Position numbers and translations under genes: made by a program. Under the pieces are notes generated by a model. It ran no database searches, was not told where the DNA came from, and saw only the letters and a list, made by a program, of their open reading frames with translations. A stretch of 64,000 bases of DNA from Octopus sinensis (Eukaryota), in assembly GCF_006345805.1 (NCBI RefSeq), contig NC_043005.1:39432001-39496000 (forward strand). Reading direction: 5' to 3'. How positions within the stretch are numbered: the first letter of the stretch is position 1; each line of letters begins with the position of its first letter. Of the stretch, positions 26,280-38,410 are shown one piece after another.

Positions 26280-26690
26280 AATAATATCTATTCCCACTTA
26301 AAAGTGGATGTTCAGTTAGAACAAAATTTAATGCGGTAGATACCATGAGGTAAATTCTCATATTGGCTTTTGGTGAAAAATGCACGCTTGTTTATATCGC
26401 TAACAGTGAGATATATCCCCGCTATCACCAGCGCCGAGATCACAAGATCAGTGCCAAAACAGGCGGTGGTGTCACGAATATCCATTGAACTTGTTAATAT
26501 ATATATATATATCAGCTACAGGTGCAATATTAATACTGAGAGGTAATATTTATCCCCAATTAAACGTGAATGGTGCTAGAACAGACTTTACTCCGTTAGA
26601 TACCACAAGACAAACTGTCGCACTGGTTTTTGGTGCAAAAATGCGCGCTTGTTTATATTGCTAGCGGAGAGATAAACATCCACCAATTAT
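26280..26690. repeat. Old tandem duplication, ~145-bp homologous units at ~260-bp spacing
   Basis: TAGATACCA...TGG(C/T)TTTTGGTG-AAAAATGC(A/G)CGCTTGTTTATAT(C/T)GCTA(A/G)C at about 26336 and 26596. Confidence 0.7.
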
Positions 26691-27099
26691 TATAGGGGAA
26701 TGGATGCTCCAAAGAAGGTAGCAGAGTGTATGGTTTCAAGTAGTAACAGAAAGCATGAGTTCACCAGAAGATAGGAAAGCTTCTTTCAAATCCAACCATT
26801 GTGTTCAGCACTAAAAATACCGAGAACATTCCATTTGCTGCGTGAAGGGCAGGTTAGAAAAAAGAAACAATTCTGATCAAGACAAGGGTTAGTGGAATCT
26901 AGGAGTTGTGCTGAGATATGGTAGTATTTGGTGTAGGGTGGATAATAGATTTCTTTAAAATAATAACTGTAAAGGGTAGAAATCCCATGGAAACTAAAAA
27001 TAAAATTATTTTGGAGATTTACGTAGTAGCAAGATAGCCAGAGGAAGTTTTGGAGATGATGATAATAGCGTGTCCGCTTTATTATTGTGGCGTACGCAT

Positions 27100-27700
27100 G
27101 ATAGCGATAACTTTGATATTATGAACGGCAAAGAAGCTCTTGGCAACATAAAACTATATGGATCGTTTGAAGGTTGTTTTCAAAGTGAAAACATCAAATA
27201 CAATCCTTGGTGTAAAATATGAATAGGCTAAGTAAATGCATTCGGATAGAAAACTGACTAAGAAAAGAACAAAATAGTAAAGAACAGCGGGATGCAGTTA
27301 CCTGGTAATGAAGTCATACGGTTCATAAGCTCGGATATTTTATATACTTAGGTGTGATAGAATTACATAATATAAAGTTTCCTAAAGGAAATATTTACAA
27401 AGGAAGATTACTGTAGGTGAAATTTAGAAATGGGTGCGTTAAATCTGAGCTAAATGGCAAAAAATATATAGAAGTTATAAAGACATTGCCCATATCGCTT
27501 AAAAGACATGGTGGAACATTGGGAAAGTGAAATAAACAATAGCATTAACTAATATTGGAAAACTAGGAGAACAATGGCCATATATGGAAACATTACGCTT
27601 CCGAATTTATATATTTCGTGTAAAAGATTGTTCACTAATAATTATGCATTATTAAATGGCTGCCAATAGAGCAATATATAATAGTGTAATATTGGTAGGT
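27100..27700 (+). mobile_element. Highly decayed R4/Dong-like RT C-terminal fragment
   Basis: GMQLPGNEVI, Y.YLGVIE, KSELNGK align to the 50800-51100 region of the large copy. Confidence 0.6.
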
Positions 27701-27800
27701 AAAAATATTATGACACTGCCTATTGAGAGGAATAAAGATCGGAATGGTTAATACTAAAGGATTTATAGTAGTTGAAGAATTCAAGAGAATCAGAAAAGAG

Positions 27801-28178
27801 AAGTGTAGGTGTAGTTAAGAAGCTTGCGTTGCAATCAAAGGCTTTCAGGTTCAGTCCCATTGCACGTACTCTGTGCAAGCTTCTGTCTAACCAAGCCCTT
27901 GTGAGTGAATTTGGTAGAAGGAAATTGTGTGGAAACCCATCGTATATCGTATATATATAATTGTGTGTGTGTGTGTGTGTATCTTTGTGTTTGTGTATAT
28001 CAGCCTACCGAAGTTCTTTAGCCTGTAACTTAGTGGTTTCGGCTAAAGAAACGGATAGAATAAATACCAGATTTTAAAATAAGTGTTGAGGTATATTTGT
28101 TCGACGGAACCCTTCAGAGCAATGCCCCAGAATGGTTGTAGCCAATGACTGAGTCAATTGAAAGATAAAAGATAAGAG
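27801..28178 (+). mobile_element. Old SINE family A copy
   Basis: GGTTCAGTCCCATTGCACG, GTGAGTGAATTTGGTAGAAGGAAA and an AAAGATAAAAGATAAG tail. Confidence 0.7.
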
Positions 28179-28999
28179 TATTGCCTGATACTAGCAAGGA
28201 AAAACCTGTCATCAGATATTGTCGTACTGGACAAGAAAAGAAAAGCAATTATGAAAACGTGCATTTTGTAATAATTCGAAGGGTAAAAATATTGAGGAGT
28301 ATCTAGACATCATGATTGAGACGGCTGAAGTGTTGTTGCTAACGCCAAGTAATAAAGGTTCTTTGGGTGGATGGTGATGCTGCCCTTCCTGCACATGCAT
28401 GAAAATGTTTGCACCGGTAGGCGGGCGTCAGATCTCGGTTGTTGCGCCTAGAATGTAGTGCGCACAAGATGACCGAACGCATCGAGCAGAGATCATAAAC
28501 CCATGTTTCATAACCACTGATGCTGGTCTTCATGAAGTCTGGGTCGTGGTTTGCCCAATCCAGCATGTCCTGAGGGATTTCTGTGGGGGAGTTGCTTCTG
28601 CTGCTCTGCCAGCACCTAGGGACGAATTCCTTTGACACTCTTCGCATGCACAACTCCACTAAAATGGAATGCACTGATTCTGTGCTTATTCCCACTTCGT
28701 GAGCAATTTCCTGGATTGTTATTGTTACACATTCGCCGAACCTTCTCAATCGGTTCCTTGTTTCAGTTTGTGGATGATCTCTCTGGGCGTGCTTCACTTT
28801 CCACTAAGGCGCAGCCAGGTTTGAAGCGGCTGTACCGTTTCTTTATCTGAATTTTGCCAATGACATCATTGCCAAGAGCCATCTGAACCTTCAAGATGGT
28901 TTGATATATAACCAAGGTTTTGACAAAACTTGACAAAAATTCTCTGCACATTACTTACATTATTTACATTTGAGGGATTTTTGTTCTCATCGCTGTTGT

Positions 29000-29038
29000 T
29001 AACACAACGTTTCGGCTGATATACCCTCATCAGATGTC
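29000..29038 (-). ncRNA. Degenerate hammerhead motif (5' strand of stem II deleted)
   Basis: rc GACAT-CTGATGA-GGGTATATCAGCC-GAAACGTT-GTGTT: core and stem I intact. Confidence 0.5.
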
Positions 29039-29118
29039 TTGGAGAAATTTCGAACCTGGGTCTTCATTCCTAAGGTATTTTTCGATGTTGTTGTTGCTAT
29101 TGTTATTATTATTATTAC

Positions 29119-29176
<58 letters not shown>

Positions 29177-29223
29177 CTTAGGAATACCTTAGGAATGAGA
29201 ACCCAGATTCGAAATTTCCCCAA

Positions 29224-29270
29224 GAAACCTGATAAAGGCTGGAGGGTATATCAGCCGAAACGTTGTGTTA
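29224..29270 (+). ncRNA. Degenerate minimal type-I hammerhead ribozyme motif (core CUGAUGA mutated to CUGAUAA)
   Basis: GAAAC-CTGATAA-A-GGCTG-gagggtatat-CAGCC-GAA-ACGT-T-GTGTT: intact stem II, palindromic ACGU stem III, partial stem I. Confidence 0.55.
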
Positions 29271-29881
29271 ACAACAAACAAGATGCGGACAAACATCCGT
29301 CAAATATAAATAATACAAATAGTGTGAACAATGTACATAATTTCTCATCTCTTAAATATAGAACTGCATTAAATAATCTCTGCTCGGTGCGTTCGGTGAA
29401 CACGAGAATCTCACGAAGGCGCCCTACAACTCTGTACTCTGAGGGTAACGGCTGAAAACTGTCGTGACTTATCGGCACGACAATTCTCACGCATGGTCAG
29501 GAAGGGTTGTGTCACCTTCAACCCAAAACATTTTGCCCACGCGGCATTAGTTTTGGTGGAAAGAAATAAAGTCGGATCCTATTTAAACACACCTCATATA
29601 TTCAGAAGTATACATACATACATACATACATACATACATACATACATACATACATACATACATACATACATGTCCTTAGATGACGTATGAGCACTCTGTA
29701 ATTTCTTGCTGAACAACTGCACAGATGATTTGTTTTATAGTGATCAAATATTTGTATACACATCGGCTCACTCTTTACATCAAATCGACACTGCTTGCAC
29801 AGTTGCACGACGTATATGTGTGTGTATTGAGGGCCTCGTTCTGCCTTGTGAGAGTGGAATTCAGTCGTCCTTCCAATCATA

Positions 29882-30260
29882 TTCTTTTACTTGATTTCAG
29901 TCATTTGACTGCGGCCATGCTGGAGCATCGCCTTTAGTCGAACAAATCGGCTCCAGGACTTATTCTATCGGTCTCTTTGCCGAAGCGCTAAGTTACGGAC
30001 ACGTAAACACACCATCATCGGTCGTCAAACGATGGCAGTGGGGAGGGGGGGGACAAACACAGTCACACAAATGTAAATATATATATATATATACATACGA
30101 CGGGCTTCTTTCAGTTTCCGTCTACCAAATCCGCTCACAAGGCTTTGATCGACCCGAGGCTGTAGTAGAAAACACTTGCCCAAGGTGCCACGCATTGGGA
30201 CTGAAACCGGAACCATGTAGTTGGTAAGCAAGCTTCTTATCACACACCCGTTCCTGTGCT
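29882..30260 (-). mobile_element. Near full-length SINE family A
   Basis: High similarity to 20953-21363. Confidence 0.88.
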
Positions 30261-31929
30261 TATTGTAAGTTTTTACGAAAAAGATACAGCGGATAATTTA
30301 TCTGTCAATTGTAGCTGAATTGTAGAGAGTCTACAGCTTACCTTTATATAAACTGAAATTTAAAAGTAGATAAGTAAATAGTATATATGAAGTAAGTGGA
30401 GCATTTCATGGAATACTAACATATAAACCAGGTGTCCAGTATTACAGAACAGGAATGTGGTGGCCGGGGTTCTATCACATACAAATCCTCCGATATTAAA
30501 ATATGTATACAAAAACATAAACTTGAGGAAGTTGCAGGAGTAGTTTAAAGTGTAGGTATTCAGAAAGATAGGTTTTAACTCTGAAAAATAGGTCGTAGCC
30601 AATACGTCAGAAGTAAGTTCTAGAGAAGAGACTGAAATGATAAATAATAGAAATCAAGAAGATCTGAGTCAGCTTTTATCAACTTTTTATGAAGAATATT
30701 AACAGATATTGTAAAGCATTATACACCTGTGTATAGAATGTGATATTACAAGTGAAGGCATAAGTAATTAATATATACATGCAATAGATCACATAATATG
30801 TTTAAACTAGAATGTTTAAAACAACGAAAACAAAAACCATTCCCATATGAAATGCATGAAATAACATCAAATATATAATATCTCTGGATGACAGTCAGTC
30901 AATATAATGTTAGTTTAAAAGTGTTTAGAGTGGGAAACTGAAATACCAAAGTGTTGCAGACAGAGTAAAGTTATTTTATAAATACACTTCTCAAAAATAC
31001 TATCGAAAGAAGTCTGCCCATATTTGACAAAAATAGACTAAAGAAAATACTGTATTGGAAAATTCTAGGATTCTAATCCAATTTTTATGGTTTACAAAAA
31101 TCCATCGATTTGCTGTCACTCTTGAAAGGATATGGTAAATGTTTAACACTTTAGAATTTAAACCGGCAATATTGAGTACTAAATTTCTACCTATTTTATG
31201 CTCAAATCGATCAGATTTGAGCTCTCACACCTGCTCTATGCCATTCTAAAATTCTAAGCAATCACATCAACGAAATCTTGAAGCTAAGATATGATTCAGG
31301 ATTAATTCAAAACAATGTGAGCAAATAAAGATGTGACAGAGTAGTGTGAATGTTAAAGGTTTGACAAACGTACCTTCGTTGATGAGAAAAGGAAAAACTA
31401 ATTATGTATGTATAGAGAGTTAAAATGATAAATGAAAATAAAGTGAAGTCTATAACTGAAGTAAATTACTGAAAAGTAACATGATATACGTTTTCATGTA
31501 AATTACAACATACCTCTAGGAAATGCTGAGATGGAGATCAGCAGATTCTCTGCTGAATATTAACGAAATTATATTTAGAATATCAGATCTAGGAATAAGA
31601 GCCAAGAATTTGAGTGAATCACTTCTGGGAAATTTTGACAGGATACCCTATTTCATGATTTGAGTTTCTTAAGAAATATTTTAATATGCACTAATTGTGG
31701 CTAGCCAGCAGTCAAATTTTCAAGGTAAAACTGAAATTAGATGAGATATTTTCTTGTTACTCCATCTCATTTTAATTTTAGCTTGATTTCCCGGTCTTAA
31801 ACATTATATTTAGCATAAAATAAAATATTGCCTGGCAATAAAATAAAATAAAATAAAATAAAACATTACCTCAATTTTTTAATGCACATACTTTATTTCA
31901 AGATGTGTAAAATATCTTAACAGAAATGT

Positions 31930-32330
31930 CAGCTGCAATTTGGTTGTCAAATTGATAAATGTGACACGATTGTAATAAGGCAGGAAGATTTTTTTTAAAT
32001 AAGAGAGAAAAATTCTTGCAAATAAGCATAATACTACTTGGTTGGATGAGGGATGAGGGCTGCAAATATTTGGATGTGTTGTAGAATAATGAAGTGGAAC
32101 TGAAAGACATGAATAACAAAGCTGTTGTGAAACAGGTGAGAATTCAGTGAGATGTTTAACCAAGGAATACGATCTACACGGTCAACACAGATAGTAATGT
32201 ATTTATCGAGATAATCTACAGCCTTGCTTCAGTGGATGGAAACTGAGCTTGACGAAATGGATAAGAAGTATCAGAAAGTTATTAACAATGTACCAGAGGG
32301 CTAAGGAGTTGTATTGTAATATATTATTTA
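31930..32330 (+). mobile_element. Highly decayed R4/Dong-like RT fragment
   Basis: IDKCDTIVIRQ, GCKYLDVL and WMETELDEMDKK..KLLTMY align to the post-YMDD region of the large copy. Confidence 0.6.
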
Positions 32331-35300
32331 CAATTAAAGAATGAGTAATGTTCAAGGTAGCATACACGGTACTCTCTAGAATTTGCAGTGTAACATATTC
32401 AGTCTCGAGGAGAGCGCCGCGAGTTTAGAAATATGTACGAGAAAAGGAAATTTGAATTGAATAAGAAAGAAGAGAAAACATGAAACTAAAAACATAGCAG
32501 GAACAGTCTTTTTGTTTTTGATCTTGTTTTTGCTTTTTTGGAAAGATCAAAAGACCAACAAAATGTTAACAAAAAATGAAAGCGCATTTTAGAAACTAAG
32601 CAAAGTAAGTACATTCTAAAGGGATACAAACAAAAAAACAAAGCTAACATACGAACTATCAAGGAACGCAATACTAGTTTTATAAAATAAAAATCGATGG
32701 TTAGTTGTCGTAAGTAATAACAATAAAAGATTTGTACACCTAAAGCTTTCATTCAGTGCACATTGTTAAAATACCCTGCTTAATTAAGGAAGAGAATTTA
32801 CCGTTATGTGATTTATCGATTATTGAAAGAATATAGAATCACACCAACTTGCCGTCTTTTATGATGACAAGGCTGTGAGAAGATTGTAAAATCATAAGAA
32901 GTTAAGAGAAACAGTATTTAAACTTCAATTTTAAATTGAAGTTTACGCTTAAATAATTTAACCTGTTAATAATAAAGTCACCATTTATATCATGCGTGTT
33001 GTTTGATCGTTCACTTTGAACAGCGAAGTCCGATAAATATGGCAGGATTTTGTGAAATAATCTCACCGTCCCTTTCACTCAAAGAATTTCCCTCTTGAGA
33101 TACAGTATTGTCATGGATCGAGCAATCAGAGCTTGGAGTGTTAACGAGATCGGGGAATGAGTCAATAACTAATAAATCTGATTAACTATTTCGTTTTGAA
33201 ATGTCGGACATTGCTTCAAATTCAGATAGTGTTTACATCATTACTTTTCCGAACGTGGGAAAATTCATATTCCAGCTGTTATAATTGATACTTGATACTA
33301 AATTAGCATTTTTGTTTGTTGCTACGTTTTATTATGATTTTTATTCGTCCAGTTGGGAACAACTTTGTATTCCATCCTTTCGTGGGTTGATAACATAAAA
33401 TATCAGACAATTCCTGAGGTCGAGGGTATCGACTAAACCTCCTCCCGTCAAAAATGCTAGCCTTCCACCTCAGTCAGAAACGATTATTTTCTTTTATAAG
33501 GATATTGCCCGGAGAACCAATGACAAAAGTAAAGAGACGCTAACCAGAGAACAACGGCGTCCGATAAAATTAACGATTCTGGATGGTCTTAATGATAAAA
33601 GTTACGTACAGAGGTTGTGGATGAAAGCAACAAAAATAATATTTTCAACGTTGTTCTCAAAACTTCTGTGACATTAAATTTAGTGATTTTAACTTCCATA
33701 TCATCCGATTATTCTCTCTCAGTGTCCATTTTCTCCCGGACTGTAAGGGGAATTTTCTTTTCTGCATAATTCTTAGCAGTTTAACAACATTTCATAACAT
33801 GAATTGAGCTCTTTTATCATTATGGATAGCGCCGTATTGAGAAAACATATTTCAAATATAAACGTAATACCTCTGAAAAGTCTATGATTTGAGGTGTAAT
33901 AACAGCATAAGGAAAAGCAAGCGAATAACATCAGTATTAAAAACAAATATCGCTATACGATATTCTGACTGTTGAGGTCCCACAAAATCCAAAGAAATGA
34001 GTTCCGCAAACTGATTAATCGTAATCAGATTTTGACTGGCAGGATTTTAAAATTCACGTTTTAGTATGGAGAATTTAAGGAGGTCACACAAGCTTCATCA
34101 TAAGAAAAGTGGAAGAATGTTTTGCTTGTTTGTTTTTACATAAAGCAAGAATTTTTTTACACCTTATTAAAACAATTTGGTGTGAATAAACCAAGAATGC
34201 ATAGAAGAAATTTCTAATTTGGTCCAGTAGATCAGTGTATTATAGACGAGATCCTTCCTCATACATAGTCTTTTACATGTCGGTAAGAAAGTTTGATTAT
34301 ACAATGTAATATTTTACTATTCTTTATTTCACATGTACGAGATTTATCAAACGTAATTCACGCATTTTATTAACCGGTAATGAGTGTAAAGTGTCACCAA
34401 AGAACATAGTGATGTCATTTAAGTAAGCATCCAGCGATTGAAACAGAGTCTTTCTCGATATAAAAGACACAATTCACTTTCAGAGAGAATACAAGAAAAC
34501 AAAACCTAACCTACTTATTATAATGTTGCAGTTAGAGAAATGTTTGATTCATTAGTTCACCATTGCTACTGCAATGAAGTTCTTAATAGCATAGAATCAA
34601 GCATTTTTGGTATCGATTATAATTATTTTTTCTTTTTTAGCAAAAACAGTAATATCATTTTGAGGAATGGAAAAGTTGACAATTTTAGTAAAGGTCTTAT
34701 TTTATCAGAAAAAGAAATATATCGCCAACAAGCAATAATAAACGATGTACACAAGAACACTCTAAACAGAAGATATATAAGTAAACACAAATATATGCAA
34801 GAAATGTAGTGAGGAATATATAACACAGGCTAAAATTATTCAATTCCGTAAGTCAACCCTCAGCTGGAAAGCTCCTGGATCAACAATTTTATAAATGCAT
34901 ATGAGATATTTATAAACCACTCCAACGCTGTTATCAGAAAACCAGACAATGCTAGATTGGCTGACAAAGACAGAAATGCGATAGCGAAATATGAGGACAT
35001 AAATCTTTCTCTGAATTACGAACTTATCGCCTGTCTATCAACTATAAATAAAATCTCCACATCAACAATCTCGTGCAGGATAAATGCACATCAAGTAAAG
35101 AATTATATCTTAACAGATGAAGAAATAAGATTGGTGGAAGCCAGTTAAGAAGACCGTAAGAACGAACGTCCGATAAGTATAGCAGTAGCTGGAGAAAGCA
35201 GAATTGAAGTTAAGTATTTAAACATTACGTGATTATAAATAAAGGCGCAAATACAAATTAATACACAGAGACAACACATGCTGTAATGTATAAACAAAAC

Positions 35301-35408
35301 CCTATAAGCTTAGCACTATATACTTGGAGCACACAGAGGAAGAGAGAGCTAAGTCTATTGATGCAACATATACGTATAATATGATGATGATGATGATGAT
35401 GATGATGC

Positions 35409-35445
<37 letters not shown>

Positions 35446-35714
35446 AACGACGACGACGATGATGATGATGATGATGGTGATGGTGGTGGTGATGATGATG
35501 ATGATGATGATCTCAAGTGCTGAGTGTACAGTAGGACTAAATAATGAAGGCAGGAGAATGATCGTAGACATTATTAGAATCATTGAGGAAAACCTGCATA
35601 TGGAAATAAATGGATTCAGGAAAGTAAATAGGAATATGCACAGAAAGAAATCAAGATAGATAATATAACCGGAACGAATAGATTGATTTAAGCCTGCATC
35701 ATCTATACAGGAAA

Positions 35715-36410
35715 TAAAGTAGGCCTCGAACCAAACCGTAAATGTTGGAATGAAGAAAAAGAACCATGGTGGAAAAGAATATAACAATCAATGAATGAAC
35801 AACAAAAATATATCAACATCATGGAAAGAAAGAAAAAAAGTGAAATCAAAAGGAAGGAACTAGAACATAGATATAGGATAAAGAAAACGGGGCTAAATGT
35901 AGTTCTTGAAGAGCTGAAACAAAAATTGCAGGCTAAAAGCACAGAGATCACGAGAAGAATTGAACAATATAAAATCAACAGATTGTTCCAACAAGACCAG
36001 AAAAGGGTTTATCAACAGCTGAATGGAAATATTAACTGAACATTTGTGTGCGGCTCATACGCTCTTCTTCATTCACTTTCTGCAACTTTGCGTAGGTCTC
36101 TGAGCAGGTATCGCTATGACAACTTTTCCTATCATAGTCAATGCGACGATCACACGGTACACACCTTCCTTCCAAGCAATACTGTGAACAACAGAAGTGA
36201 GTTACAACGTTAAAACTAGTGTACATGCGTGCTTTAGCTTCGTTACTATGGCAACAGTACGGATACTTATTGATCATACCACGTATGCACTATGAGTAGA
36301 GGGTCTGTCATTCCAGTAGTAGGGGCACTCGGAGCACTAGCAGCAAAGTTCGAGAAATATGTCAAAGGAATCAGAATTGACATGACAGCCCCCAAAAACT
36401 GCTCTTAGCC
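35715..36410 (+). mobile_element. Internally deleted R4/Dong-like fragments (pre-RT region 35715-36036; 3' end 36300-36410)
   Basis: KEPWWKR...VLEELKQKLQAK...QYKINRLFQQDQKRVYQQLNG is homologous to 49480-49770; VIPVV.GALGALAAKFEKYV matches the element C-terminus. Confidence 0.75.
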
Positions 36411-36489
36411 ATGTGAAGAGAGGAATTCTTTGGGGCGTGAATAATGCACATGTGGAAGAATAGGTGTTTCGTTCAACATTTATTCAGGG

Positions 36490-36740
36490 TCCTTTTGAGC
36501 GGGATAGGCTACTCGACCACAACAAAATTCTAACTGGGCCCCACCTGCAAGGTCATGTGCTGTTTATCTTGCTAAGTGATCACCATATCACTCACATATG
36601 CTTGTGATACATGTGTCTGGTGTACCCTTATAAGGCGGATAGTCATGATTCGTATACTGGGCTTCGTATATTTTACCCCAGTGTCCCTTTGATGGCATGC
36701 ACTGCTCTCTCACTCAATAATAATAATAATAATAATAATG

Positions 36741-36776
<36 letters not shown>

Positions 36777-36778
36777 TC
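36490..36778 (+). mobile_element. Retroposon 3' segment ending in a (TAA)n tail
   Basis: Unique-looking ~230 bp ending CTCTCTCACTC-AATAATAAT; family unassigned. Confidence 0.45.
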
Positions 36779-36788
36779 ATTATCATTA

Positions 36789-36841
<53 letters not shown>

Positions 36842-36842
<1 letters not shown>

Positions 36843-36912
36843 GTTTGACTTTTGCTTTATATTTGTACAAGTTGGCTCCAAGTCTCACCGAAAGACCTCA
36901 AGAGACAACAGT

Positions 36913-36914
<2 letters not shown>
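36842..36914 (-). mobile_element. 73-bp insert within a (TAA)n tract (probable extremely 5'-truncated retroelement 3' UTR)
   Basis: Flanked on both sides by (ATT)n in the same orientation; identity as a LINE 3' UTR is inference. Confidence 0.45.
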
Positions 36915-36964
<50 letters not shown>

Positions 36965-36987
36965 CATTATTATTATTATTATTATCA

Positions 36988-37430
36988 TTATTTGGCACAG
37001 CACGAATACAAAAGACGTCATGACAATGTGGCAAGAAAGGTCTATTAGGAGCTCTGTGGAAATCACGGCCTACAAAGAACAAATACGTGGTATGAGTCAC
37101 CGAAAATGAGAATTGCAAAATCCTGTAGAATGCAACGATGCAGTGCGATCACCTGACCAGACATCGGAAACTGGACATTTTCTGGTGAATAAAAAAGAAA
37201 GAATATAAATGATAATCGACATTGCATGCCCCAGTGACAACAGGATCTATGTGAATGGGGAATTAAAAAATAAACAACTATGATGGTGTGAATTGGGAAA
37301 TACGAAGGTTTTGGTCAATGAAGAGAGTAGATATGATACCAATAGTAATAGGGGCATTTGGAAGTATCAGCACTCAACTACCAACATAGCTGAAAAAGAT
37401 CAGTACAAGTATTAAGGTAGAACACCATCA
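36988..37430 (+). mobile_element. R4/Dong-like 3' fragment (REL region)
   Basis: LAQHEYKRRHDNVARKVY, MIIDIACPSD, WEIRRFWSMKRVDMIPIVIGAFGSI; TAA repeats follow at about 37460. Confidence 0.8.
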
Positions 37431-38378
37431 TAGCTAGCAAAGTAAGCTGTGAGTTTTCATATAATAATAATAATGAGAATGATGATATTGATGATCATGA
37501 TGACCATCATCATCAAGTTAAATGTTATATATCTTATTACCGAAAAACGAAGTAGCTAAAGTTAAGCAGCTATTATTTAAACGGATAGTGGCGGATAAGT
37601 GAAAGAGTGGTTCTGATTAAATCAAGAGAAATGATAAATTTTGTCTCCTAGGACTTAACCTCTCCAAGGACTTTTGCATGTCTCACTAGGTTGTCTACCT
37701 TCATTAATTAGGAAACGGCTCAATAGTTCTTTGCCGCTTTCAGACAAAATAACTCTTAAAATCAATCGGTAAATGGTAAATAGAAGAGCAAGAAATAAGA
37801 AAACCAACATAAAAAAACACACTTTGATAACCAGGAAATATTTGATTAATATCCTACAATCCGTAATTTAGTTTCCGATTAAGCCTAAACTACGACTCGT
37901 CTGGACGAAAAATGAAGTGAGGCTTTGGCGTTGGATATGAGTTTGAGGTAGATTATGTCAGTTTATGTTCGAATTATTAAAGATTTATTTACTTGACACC
38001 AGCTGAGATATTCTTCTATTGATGTTATCAATGCTTTTTTTCAACTACGTGCAAGTTCTTAATAAGTAAATATGAACGTTTCGTTATGCTTACTACAAGT
38101 TTCATGTTTGTCTATATTCTAAACGAGAGTAACATGTCTTTGATCTGGCATAAAGTTTACAGATTCATTAAGATTTTTTTAGTATTGAGTTCTTTATCTG
38201 TGTCGTCTCCTTGGATTATAAAATTAGTATCATGTTCTTTGAAACTCCAAACCTAGACGGATAGATTCCTCCTAATCCTCTTTTTGTCTTCATTTTCGAA
38301 AAAATATGAAAAGAGTATTGAATTGGTTAACACTTAATTGTTTACCAGGAATAATTTCTCTCTCTCTCTCTGTCTCTC

Positions 38379-38410
<32 letters not shown>

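Larger units (their letters stand above)
28950..29366. mobile_element. Inverted pair of Penelope-like terminal repeats around an (ATT)n tract, inserted in the mariner remnant
   Basis: Arms 28950-29080(-) and 29184-29366(+) share AATACCTTAGGAATG..ACCCAG.TTCGAAATTTC.CCAAGA.A.CTGAT...GGGTATATCAGCCGAAACGTTGTGTTAACAAC; a third copy lies at 62693-62858(-). Confidence 0.75.
28291..29598 (-). mobile_element. Rearranged mariner remnant: N-terminal transposase fragment (28498-28950, minus) between two oppositely oriented 5' ends
   Basis: KKRYSRFKPGCALVESEARPERSST, TIQEIAHEVGISTESVHSIL..LCMRRVSKEFVPR, DPDFMKTSISGYETWVY; TIR-like TATGAGGTGTGTTTAAATAGGATCCGACTTT (rc) at the right end. Confidence 0.8.

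Noticed and set aside
35324-35659. Met-rich 111-aa ORF superficially like a reflectin-type protein
   Set aside because: Poly-M comes from a (GAT)n microsatellite; no reflectin repeat motif and no Tyr/Arg-rich composition
38150-38260. Minus-strand exon candidate VWSFKEHDTNFIIQGDDTDKELNTKK
   Set aside because: Weak donor, no homology, no compatible neighbouring exon
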